Assembly: GCA_964456165.1 (NCBI GenBank)
Contig: CAYWBJ010000424.1
Span: 922 to 64,921 of the forward strand
Length of the DNA: 64,000 nt
Source: an uncultured Gemmatimonadaceae bacterium
GTDB taxonomy: Bacteria > Latescibacterota > UBA2968 > UBA8231
Direction: 5' to 3'
Shown here one piece after another: positions 1 to 7,931 of this stretch; positions within the stretch are counted from its first letter, which is position 1, and each line of letters starts with the position of its first letter. The notes under the pieces were generated by a model. That model made no database searches. It saw only the letters and a program-made list of their open reading frames with translations, and had not been told where the DNA came from. The position numbers and the translations under genes were made by a program.

Positions 1-525
1 GTTGATGGCGTAAAGCTCCATCTCGAACACCCGGGCGCGATGAGCGAGCGCCTGACCGCTGGCGCCGAACCCGATGATGCCCAGCTTGAGCCCGGCCAGT
101 TCCCGACCCATCGGCTGCCACCACGCCTTCGAGTTGAAGAGGTTTTCCTGCCCATCGTTGTAGCGGCGTGCCAGCATCAGGATGAGCATCATGGCGCACT
201 CGCCAAGCGCCGCGCCGCTGGTGTATCCAGGACAGTTGCACGTGGGAATGCCACTGGCCTGAAGGGCGGCCAGCGGCGCGTCGTCGAAGCCAGTCTTGGC
301 GACCTGCCAGAGCTTCAACCCAGCAGCGATCTCGACCACCTGCTCGCTGCCGTCGATTAGCCCGTCGTCGATCACGGCGCCGGCGCCGGCGACCTGCTCG
401 GCCAGCGGCCGTGCCGGATCGAAGAACCTCAGCTCATGACGATGACGCAGTGCCTCCTCCACGAACGGGCCCATCGGGAGGTAGTGGTCCGGGTTGTTCC
501 GATCGGCCAGGTACAGCACTTCCAT
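1..525 (-). CDS. D-isomer-specific 2-hydroxyacid dehydrogenase family protein, N-terminal 175 codons (gene continues past window start)
   Basis: Hand-translated minus-strand frame, open from ATG at 523-525 to position 1; absent from the ORF track because it has no stop in the window. Sequence MEVLYLADRNNPDHY...GRELAGLKLGIIGFGASGQALAHRARVFEMELYAIN. GxGxxG NAD loop follows a ~145-aa substrate-domain segment, as in this family. GAAGGAGG Shine-Dalgarno at 531-538. Confidence 0.7.
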   Translation of the reverse strand, partial: MEVLYLADRNNPDHYLPMGPFVEEALRHRHELRFFDPARPLAEQVAGAGAVIDDGLIDGSEQVVEIAAGLKLWQVAKTGFDDAPLAALQASGIPTCNCPGYTSGAALGECAMMLILMLARRYNDGQENLFNSKAWWQPMGRELAGLKLGIIGFGASGQALAHRARVFEMELYAIN

Positions 526-621
526 CGGCCCCTCCTTCTCTATCGGATGCGAATGCGGTGGCGCGGTACGGCCCGGGATAAGTTGAGCTATCGAAGTGGC
601 GGGCGGAAGATCGCGGGGGGG

Positions 622-2196
622 CTACCGCCCCGGCGGTCCGTAACGCGCCGGATCCGTGAACCGCAGCGGCGAGAAGAACTCCTCGGGATGGTGCTCGGGG
701 TCGCACACCTGCCCCAGCATGCGGCGGACAATGGTCTCGCCCGCGTTGAAGGAGACGGCGGAGCCGGCGCCGGCGAAGCCGCCCAGCATGTAAAGCCCAC
801 GTCCATCCAGCAGACCGACAACCGGGAACTTGTCTGGTGTCGTAGACGTGGTTCCGGTCCACTCGTTGGTGATGCGCATCGGCTCTGGATCCCAGTGTCT
901 GGCCATCGCGGCGGCGGTGTAACGCGTGATGAAGCGCGAGGGCATGTTCCTTCCCGCCTCGCGGTTGGCCACCGGCGTGTGGTCCGACCCCAGGACCATG
1001 CCGCCGCTGGCGATGCGGGCATACCATCCGAGGTACCCACTGATTCCGACCCCCGGCTCCATGCTGGTCGGACCTCCTTCGGCGTGCATGCCCTGTTCCT
1101 TATTGGGCGTGATGAGGTCGGGGAACGGGGCCAGAAAATCACCGAAAACGGTGGGCGTGTGGGACTCGGTCGCGTTCACCACGCAGCGCGCCCTGATATC
1201 GCCGCGCGCGGTGCGGACGAGGTATCCGTCCCCCTCCCACTGCACCGCCTGGACCGTGGTGCGGGTGAAAAGGTGGACCGCCGGATTCCCCAACGCCGCT
1301 GCGAGGATGCCCCATACCCACCGGGCCGGATGCCACGTAGCACTGGCAAGCGACTCGGCGCCGTCGAGGTCGGTCGCAACGCCGGTGCGCTCCCGGATCT
1401 GGTCTGGCGCGCGGCGGATCCAGTCCGAGTGACCCAGACGACTGCCGAGTGCCAGAGCAGTCTCGAGTCGAAGCTGCGACACCTCGTCGGTGAAGAAGAC
1501 CCACCCCTTCCGCGCGTAGTCGCATTCTATGCCTTCGGCCTCGATGGTTGCGACGATCGATTCGTGACTGGCCTGGACGGCGCGCACGTAGACATCCGCG
1601 AAAGATGCCGCCAGTGCCTCCCGATCGACAGGCGTGACATCCGGCCGCAACGCCTTCAGGTACTTGAGGACGGGCTCGTAGACGTAGAATCCGTGGTAGT
1701 TCCCACCGGCCATAACCACGATGCCGGCATTGCGGCCGGCCGCTCCGCTCGCCACCTCGTCGCGCTCCAGAACCACGAGCGACTCGGTAGCCCGTTTCGA
1801 CCAGTGGTAGGCAACCGAGGCGCCCCCGAACCCGGCCCCCACCACCACGACGTCTGCCGCATCCGGCAACGGCGTCCCGGGGTCATCGGCCCAGGGGTGG
1901 TTTTCCAGCGGGTTGTCCGCCGTCAGCCAGTAGGGCGTGCGGGAGAGGTTCTCGTCGATCTGCACCCACGACAGCGAATCGGGGATGAGCCGCCAGGAGA
2001 TGTGCAGAGCCCAGCGCAGCAGCTTGATTACCCGGACGGGCCAGGCATCCTGGCCGAAGCGGATTTTCGTGAACTGCCGGGCGGAGCGGATGTCGCGCCA
2101 GCGCAGGCCGGATAGGAGCTCGAGCGTGACGCGCAACCGGGTGCCTGGCCCCGGAGGCGTGCCCGTCACGGGCATGAGCAGGAGGGCTCCCCCCAC
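622..2196 (-). CDS. FAD-dependent oxidoreductase (DAO / gamma-glutamylputrescine-oxidase-like)
   Basis: 524-aa ORF with dinucleotide-binding motif DVVVVGAGFGGAS followed by VVLERDEVASGAAGRNAG. The motif sits ~125 aa into the longest ORF, so the true start may be the in-frame GTG at 1965 (VQIDENLSRTPYWL...), giving ~447 aa. Confidence 0.85.
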   Translation of the reverse strand: MGGALLLMPVTGTPPGPGTRLRVTLELLSGLRWRDIRSARQFTKIRFGQDAWPVRVIKLLRWALHISWRLIPDSLSWVQIDENLSRTPYWLTADNPLENHPWADDPGTPLPDAADVVVVGAGFGGASVAYHWSKRATESLVVLERDEVASGAAGRNAGIVVMAGGNYHGFYVYEPVLKYLKALRPDVTPVDREALAASFADVYVRAVQASHESIVATIEAEGIECDYARKGWVFFTDEVSQLRLETALALGSRLGHSDWIRRAPDQIRERTGVATDLDGAESLASATWHPARWVWGILAAALGNPAVHLFTRTTVQAVQWEGDGYLVRTARGDIRARCVVNATESHTPTVFGDFLAPFPDLITPNKEQGMHAEGGPTSMEPGVGISGYLGWYARIASGGMVLGSDHTPVANREAGRNMPSRFITRYTAAAMARHWDPEPMRITNEWTGTTSTTPDKFPVVGLLDGRGLYMLGGFAGAGSAVSFNAGETIVRRMLGQVCDPEHHPEEFFSPLRFTDPARYGPPGR

Positions 2197-2266
2197 GGCG
2201 CCGCAGGCCTGGTATCGTCAGTCATCATGGCGGAGAGTAAAGACCGATCTCGTGGACGCCAGCGCA

Positions 2267-2833
2267 ATGGGACTCTCACCCGCAACAGAGGAACGCGTCG
2301 ATGGCGCCGCATCCTACGAGGTGGAGCTGGCCGGTGAAGGAGATGCGTTGGCGACGGGCTATCAGGTCGAAGAGCCGCATTTCGACATGTCCGGCCTCTG
2401 GGACAGCTTTCCGTATGGACGCGTAGACATGCTCATCGAGGGGCACGACGCCGAGGGCCGGGAGATGTGCATCTCGCAGGACAAGGGCCTTTTCAAGCTC
2501 CACGACTTCGACGGCGTCGAGCAGGAGCCGGCGGATTGGCCGGCCGCCCTGGGGCTCGACGCTGCCTACCTCCTCTCTCCACCGCGCGACCAGGTCGAGG
2601 AGTACGAGAGGGACTTGCCGCGGGCATGCTCGTCGTCGATGGAGGACAGCCTCACCGGCCAGCGCTGGTCGCACAACGTCCTGCCCGGCCTGGCCCATCC
2701 CAACCACATCTTCGCGTTCCTCTCGTTCGCAGACGCGTTCCCGAACGAGCCCCAGGCGCCCGAGGCCCGGCGCCAGGCCCGGATCTTCGGGGACTGGTTC
2801 CTGCGCAACGCACATCCCGAGGAGGGGGTCTAA
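2267..2833 (+). CDS. hypothetical protein (188 aa)
   Basis: ATG at 2267 inside ORF 1937-2833; the upstream part of that ORF overlaps the FAD gene and is Arg/Ser-rich shadow. The downstream part has natural acidic composition (MGLSPATEERVDGAASYEVELAGEGD...FLRNAHPEEGV). No motif recognised. Confidence 0.45.
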   Translation: MGLSPATEERVDGAASYEVELAGEGDALATGYQVEEPHFDMSGLWDSFPYGRVDMLIEGHDAEGREMCISQDKGLFKLHDFDGVEQEPADWPAALGLDAAYLLSPPRDQVEEYERDLPRACSSSMEDSLTGQRWSHNVLPGLAHPNHIFAFLSFADAFPNEPQAPEARRQARIFGDWFLRNAHPEEGV

Positions 2834-2904
2834 GCTGAATAGATCCGCCGTTGCCTGATTCGCTCTACAGGCCCTCGCTCGCCAAAGCCAAAATCGTCGA
2901 GCTG

Positions 2905-4173
2905 CTATTCGTCCCGCTGCTCAAGCAGATCCTGCACCCGCACCCGCGCCCCGTCCTCCGCAATACTGGCGTTCGCCGCCGCCCCGATAAGCACGGCCTG
3001 AACGGCGTCGTCCAGAGTGGCCATGCGGTCGTTGGCACCCGCCTCCCAGGGACGCGCAAACAGGTCGGCCCTGAGCAGCTGGTCGCCGCCACCGTGGCTA
3101 CCTTCCTGATGAGGAACCTCGAGCACCTCGCGGCCCTCGCGCGGATGGTAGTAGCACAGACTATCACCCACCATCTCGTCCATACCCGGAACCGAGCGAT
3201 TGCCGATCGCAAAGCTCGTATCCACCACCGACCGGAACTCCAGCCGGCCCTCCGTGCCTTCGAGCACGAGCGCCATGCTCTGGTAGGATGCGTATGCCAG
3301 CAACGTGTAGTTGACCCGAACGCCGTTCTCGTACGAGTACGACACAGAGGCCTGGTCCTCGATGTCGATGCCCGGATCGAAGACACATCCGTCGCGCTGA
3401 TAGCCGTCACCCGCCTCGGTCTTGAGGTATAGAGCACTGGCGCGCTCGTCAGCGCCGAGGTCTACGTGGAAGTCGCAGTCCGCCGCGTGGTCGCAATCGA
3501 GGCAGCGCTCGCCCCGCACCTCTCCGTTGTGGCCATAGAAGAGGAGTTCACCGGTCGCCGAAACCACCTCGGGACGGCTTCCCACCAGCCAGTTCAGCGT
3601 GTCAAAGTGGTGACTCGCCTTGTGGATCAGCAGCCCCCCGCTGCTCTCCTTGCGCCGGTGCCAGCGGCGGAAGAAATCAGCCCCATGGCTGCGATCCAAG
3701 AATTCATTGAACTCGATAGAGAGCGGCCGGCCGATCCTGCCGCTATCCACCAGCTCCTTGAGCTTCTGTGCGATGGGACCATAGCGCAGATTATGAGTCA
3801 CGTAGACCTCGCCGGGCGAGCGGCCGGCAGCCGACACGATCTGCCGACATTGAGCCGCCGTCGTGCAAAGCGGCTTCTCGCAGTACACGCGCTTGCCCGC
3901 CTCCAGTGCGGCGACGATGAACTCGGCATGGGTCTGGTCCTGCGTGCAGACGATGACCGCGTCCGGATCAAGGGCGGTCAGCGCCTCACCAAAGTCGGTG
4001 AATCCCGGCAGGTCGGTACCCAGCATCTGGTTGGCTGCCTCCAGCCGCATGCCATTGTGGTCGCACAGCCCCACCAGAGCGGCTGATTCGCTGAAGTCCT
4101 CCAGCAGCGGCTGGGCGTACATCGCCAACCCGCGCGCGCCCGCACCCACCAACACGTACTGTTTCGCACTCAT
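2905..4173 (-). CDS. Gfo/Idh/MocA family NAD(P)-dependent oxidoreductase
   Basis: Internal ATG at 4173 gives MSAKQYVLVGAGARGLAMY (Rossmann GxGxxG at the N-terminus). Family EKP motif in RVYCEKPLCTT. C-terminal alpha/beta dimerisation-domain length is appropriate (422 aa). Confidence 0.9.
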   Translation of the reverse strand: MSAKQYVLVGAGARGLAMYAQPLLEDFSESAALVGLCDHNGMRLEAANQMLGTDLPGFTDFGEALTALDPDAVIVCTQDQTHAEFIVAALEAGKRVYCEKPLCTTAAQCRQIVSAAGRSPGEVYVTHNLRYGPIAQKLKELVDSGRIGRPLSIEFNEFLDRSHGADFFRRWHRRKESSGGLLIHKASHHFDTLNWLVGSRPEVVSATGELLFYGHNGEVRGERCLDCDHAADCDFHVDLGADERASALYLKTEAGDGYQRDGCVFDPGIDIEDQASVSYSYENGVRVNYTLLAYASYQSMALVLEGTEGRLEFRSVVDTSFAIGNRSVPGMDEMVGDSLCYYHPREGREVLEVPHQEGSHGGGDQLLRADLFARPWEAGANDRMATLDDAVQAVLIGAAANASIAEDGARVRVQDLLEQRDE

Positions 4174-4332
4174 CGACTCCCTCGCATCTGTTTTCCGTCC
4201 CTTCAGAGGACTTCGAGAATATACAGTGCCCGCAGTATTGCAGGGTGGCGCCCGGCGTAGCCCCCACGAATCTACCAACTACCGATCCACCTGACTGGGC
4301 GAGATCGGGCCTGAATCAAGGCGCAACAGCGA

Positions 4333-4362
4333 TTGACTGAGCACGCAACGGTGGACTATCAT
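4333..4362 (+). promoter_or_regulatory. candidate sigma70-type promoter for 4398-6074
   Basis: TTGACT (4333-4338), 18-nt spacer, TATCAT (4357-4362), in the divergent intergenic region ~35 nt upstream of the ATG. Confidence 0.3.
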
Positions 4363-4397
4363 CGGGACTCTCACGCCGAATCACAGCTGACGACTAC

Positions 4398-6074
4398 ATG
4401 AGCAAACCCAAAGGCCGCCTGAACCGCTCGCCCTACCGCATCATGTGGGACCAGAACCACCAGTTCCAGTCCCACTACAACCCGCCCATGGCGCCCGAGA
4501 CCGTGGCCCAGGCCCACTTCGGCTTCCTCGCCGGCACCCCCGTCGACGCCTACGTCTGCGCCCTTGGACCCGACGCCGGCTACGTGACCATCTTCGAGTC
4601 GCAGCGCACGCGGATGGAATTCCTCGTCGAGCGCTACGAGCGCGGGGCCGCTCTCGGTGACGTGCGTTACTGGCGTCACGCCGAGAACGTCAAGCAGCTC
4701 CTGGCGCAGGGGATCGATCCGCTCGAGCTGATGGTGCGCGAGTCGCACCGGCTGGGCCTGGATCACTGGTTCCGCCTAGGCATGAACGACTGGCACCACT
4801 TCGACGCGGACAGCGAGGGTGCGGTCTATCGACTCGGGGGCAGCCAGTTCTACGAGGGGCGGAGGGATCTTCTCATCGGCCCTGAGGGCGCCGCCGGCTG
4901 GGCGGACCATCCCGCGCTGCACCACGTGCTGCCCTGGATGCAGGATTTCGCCCACGACGAGGTGCGCGCCCTGCGCCGGGACATCGCCCTGGAGGTGTGC
5001 GAGCGCTACGATTGCGCCGGGTTTCTCTTCGATTTCCTGCGGGTGCCGGCCTTTTTCCGTCACGGCGAAGAGCGCGCCAACGCCGGACTCATGACCCGGA
5101 TGATCCGCGAGACTCGTGAAGGCCTCGACGAGATTGCCCGCACGAGAGGTCGGCCAGTCGGTCTCGCCGTGCGCCTGCCACCGACCATCGACGGTACCGT
5201 GCGGATGGGACTGGACGTCGGCGAGTGGATCGCCGAACACCTGGTCGACATCGTGGTGACCTCCCCCTGGTTCCCCCAGGAAACGGAACACGACACCGCC
5301 GAATGGGTGCGTCTCGGCGCCGCCTCGCCGGTGTGGGTCGCCGCCGCCATCGAGGAGGCCTATCTCGCCGGCCACAGCGACGGCTTCAACCGCTGGTTCT
5401 ACAATCCCCCGGTCATGACGCCGTTGTCGGTGGAGATGATCCGGGCGCTCGCCGCGCGCCACCACGACCGCGGTGTGGACGGGCTGTACGCCTTCAATTG
5501 GTTCGCCACGACGCTGACCTTCGACTACGACAACGTCTCAGCGCTCGATGACATTGCCGACCCAGAGCGCCTGCGGCAGCTGGACAAGCGCTACATGCTG
5601 CTGCGCTCGTACGCGCCCTTCCCCAACTGTCTCGAGGTCGACCGACAGATACCGGTCGAGATCGCGGAGGAGCCGGTGATGCTGCGCTTCGACGTCGTCG
5701 ATGACCTGACCGCCGCGCCGGAACTGGTCAGGCAGGTCCAGCTCTGTCTGCATGTGGACAGCCTCACCATCGCCGACGAGCTGGAGGTGCGGCTGAACGG
5801 CCGGGAAGTTCCGCTCCTGAACCCGATGGAACCCGGCGTCATGCAGGGAACGGTGGGCGGCCGCTACGGAACCATCTGGCAGATCTTCGACCTGCGGGAT
5901 CATCCACCTGGACGCGGGGAGAACGTGGTAACCGTCCGCGCCCGCCGGCGCAACCAGCGAACCGCCTCTGAGATCCCGCTGACCATCGAAGACGCCGAGA
6001 TCGAGATCGGCTACGAGCATCCGACCGGCGCCTGGTCGGAGCCGCCCGGCCGGCGCGCCGGCCTCTTCGGTTAG
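4398..6074 (+). CDS. uncharacterised TIM-barrel-like protein (GHL10/DUF187-like), paralogue A
   Basis: 558-aa ORF with natural composition and no signal peptide. Collinear with 6090-7733 over its entire length (LAGTPVDAYVC, MEFLVER, NDWHHFDA, QDFAHDEVR, HLVDIVV, SVEMIRALAARH, DGLYAFNW). Family guess is from memory of GHL10-type motifs. Confidence 0.75.
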   Translation: MSKPKGRLNRSPYRIMWDQNHQFQSHYNPPMAPETVAQAHFGFLAGTPVDAYVCALGPDAGYVTIFESQRTRMEFLVERYERGAALGDVRYWRHAENVKQLLAQGIDPLELMVRESHRLGLDHWFRLGMNDWHHFDADSEGAVYRLGGSQFYEGRRDLLIGPEGAAGWADHPALHHVLPWMQDFAHDEVRALRRDIALEVCERYDCAGFLFDFLRVPAFFRHGEERANAGLMTRMIRETREGLDEIARTRGRPVGLAVRLPPTIDGTVRMGLDVGEWIAEHLVDIVVTSPWFPQETEHDTAEWVRLGAASPVWVAAAIEEAYLAGHSDGFNRWFYNPPVMTPLSVEMIRALAARHHDRGVDGLYAFNWFATTLTFDYDNVSALDDIADPERLRQLDKRYMLLRSYAPFPNCLEVDRQIPVEIAEEPVMLRFDVVDDLTAAPELVRQVQLCLHVDSLTIADELEVRLNGREVPLLNPMEPGVMQGTVGGRYGTIWQIFDLRDHPPGRGENVVTVRARRRNQRTASEIPLTIEDAEIEIGYEHPTGAWSEPPGRRAGLFG

Positions 6075-6089
6075 ACTGCGGCGGTCGAA

Positions 6090-7733
6090 TCAGGTGCGCG
6101 GGTCGAAGCCGGGCGGATGACGCCAGCGGCCGTCCGGATGCCGGTAGGAGACATCCAGCTCGACATCGCTCACCACCAGCGGGATCTCGCCGCCCAGGCG
6201 TTCCGCGCGGGCGGCGCTGATCTCGACGACGTTGTCACCCCTGAGGGGCGGTGAAGCCGTCAGGTCGTACGCCCGCCACGCCTTTCTCCCCGGCGCTCCT
6301 CTTCCCGCTTCCAGCTCTTGCTCGCACCTGAGCCCGGCGCCGTTCATCGTCACGACCACCTCGTCCAGGTGTGTCAGCTCTTCGATCAGCAGACGCAACT
6401 GGACTCTCGCGACGCGGGCTCGGGCGGTCTGCAGATCGTCGGCCACGCGGATAGTCACCCGCACCGGCTCTGCGCCAAGCGCAGCGGGAATGCTCCGTTC
6501 CTGAAAAAAGCAGTTGGGGAAGGCCTCGTCCCTGCGCATGACCACGTAACACTTGTCCTTGTGCTCAAGCCGCAGTGACGAGCCGATATCGTGCAGCACG
6601 GAACGATTGTCGTAACCGTAGGTTTCGGCAGTGCCGAGGTAGTTGAACAGATAGAGGCCGTCGGCACCGCCCGCCCGATGGCGCGCGGCGATGGCGCGGA
6701 TCATCTCCACCGTGAGGGGCCGCATGATCGAGTGTGGTATCTCGTGCGCGGCCACGTCGCGGCCCTGCGTGGCGCCAGTCGCATAGGCCTCCTCGATCGC
6801 CGGATGGATTCGCACGGGCGTCCCGGCGGCCAGCGCCACCCATTCCCGGACATCTTCGTCGGTGTCCTGAACGAAGAAGGTCGACGGAACGACGATGTCG
6901 ACGAGATGGTCCTCGATCCACCGGGGAACGTCGATACCGAGACGCAGAGCACCTTCTATCGTGTTGGGAACACGGACCGAAAGGCCGTACGACTTGCCGT
7001 GCTGCGCCCCGAGCTCGTCGAGCATTACTCGAGTCCGAGTGATGAGATCCGTGATCAGGTGAGCGTTGTCGCGCTCGCTGCCGCTGGCGAAATATCCCGG
7101 ACAGCGCATGAAGTCGTACTCCCAGCCGCCCGCCTGCGGATACCGGTCCATCGCCTCAGCGGCGGTCTCGAAACGGACGCGCCGGACCTCCTCGTGAGCG
7201 AAGTCCTGGAAGAACCTCATGCTCCGCCCCAGGGATTCGGGCCAGCCGGCCACCCCGTCGCCTAAAAGATACTCCGGATGCTGCTCGTAGAAGTGGCTGC
7301 CGATGATGCGATAAGTGTCGCCGGCGGCGTCGAAGTGATGCCAGTCGTTCATCCGCAGCTGCAGCCAGAAGTCCATGCCGATCCGCTGCGCTTCGTCCAG
7401 GGCGATACGTACCGGGTCGTGGCCAGCGCTCCAGAGAGCTCGCAGGGTTTCGGCACGACGCCACAAGTCGGCCGAGCCGAGCACGGCCCCTGCTTCGAGC
7501 CGGTCGACGAGGAACTCCATCCCCTCTACCTCGGTCGGGTAGCTGAGGGTGTAGCCGGCGTTGAGGCCGACCGTGCAGACGAAAGCGTCCACCGGGGTAC
7601 CGGCGAGACCACCGAACATCGCGTGCCTCAGGCGCGCGGGGGTGACGGGCGGGTTGACGGAGCTTATCGCGCAGCCAGAGTCGTCGACCCAGGTGAGCCG
7701 GTAGTCACTACTCAGACGGCCATCCGGTTTCAT
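6090..7733 (-). CDS. uncharacterised TIM-barrel-like protein (GHL10/DUF187-like), paralogue B
   Basis: 547-aa ORF, full-length paralogue of 4398-6074 (LAGTPVDAFVC, MEFLVDR, NDWHHFDA, QDFAHEEVR, HLVDIVV, TVEMIRAIAARH, DGLYLFNY). Convergent with it, 15 bp between stops. Confidence 0.75.
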   Translation of the reverse strand: MKPDGRLSSDYRLTWVDDSGCAISSVNPPVTPARLRHAMFGGLAGTPVDAFVCTVGLNAGYTLSYPTEVEGMEFLVDRLEAGAVLGSADLWRRAETLRALWSAGHDPVRIALDEAQRIGMDFWLQLRMNDWHHFDAAGDTYRIIGSHFYEQHPEYLLGDGVAGWPESLGRSMRFFQDFAHEEVRRVRFETAAEAMDRYPQAGGWEYDFMRCPGYFASGSERDNAHLITDLITRTRVMLDELGAQHGKSYGLSVRVPNTIEGALRLGIDVPRWIEDHLVDIVVPSTFFVQDTDEDVREWVALAAGTPVRIHPAIEEAYATGATQGRDVAAHEIPHSIMRPLTVEMIRAIAARHRAGGADGLYLFNYLGTAETYGYDNRSVLHDIGSSLRLEHKDKCYVVMRRDEAFPNCFFQERSIPAALGAEPVRVTIRVADDLQTARARVARVQLRLLIEELTHLDEVVVTMNGAGLRCEQELEAGRGAPGRKAWRAYDLTASPPLRGDNVVEISAARAERLGGEIPLVVSDVELDVSYRHPDGRWRHPPGFDPRT

Positions 7734-7859
7734 GCCCGCGTCACCGCGGCGCCGGCACAGGATCTGATCGCTCTTCCATCATCAACGCAGATCATCATGG
7801 CAGAGGACGGTAGCAAATGGGGCGCGACCGAACAAGCCGTGTCGGCGACCCTTTTAGGA

Positions 7860-7888
7860 TTGCACCGAGGTCGGGCAGAGGTCATATT
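7860..7888 (+). promoter_or_regulatory. candidate sigma70-type promoter for 7932-9875
   Basis: TTGCAC (7860-7865), 17-nt spacer, CATATT (7883-7888), in the divergent intergenic region. Confidence 0.25.
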
Positions 7889-7931
7889 CCGAACGCAGGA
7901 CCGACCCCGGAAAACGAGCTACGCCAGCGAA

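Noticed and set aside
436-2115. 559-aa plus-strand ORF overlapping the FAD oxidoreductase gene.
   Set aside because: Antisense shadow ORF. It is extremely Arg/Gly/Pro/Ala/His-rich with no motifs, while the opposite strand carries a clean Rossmann-fold protein.
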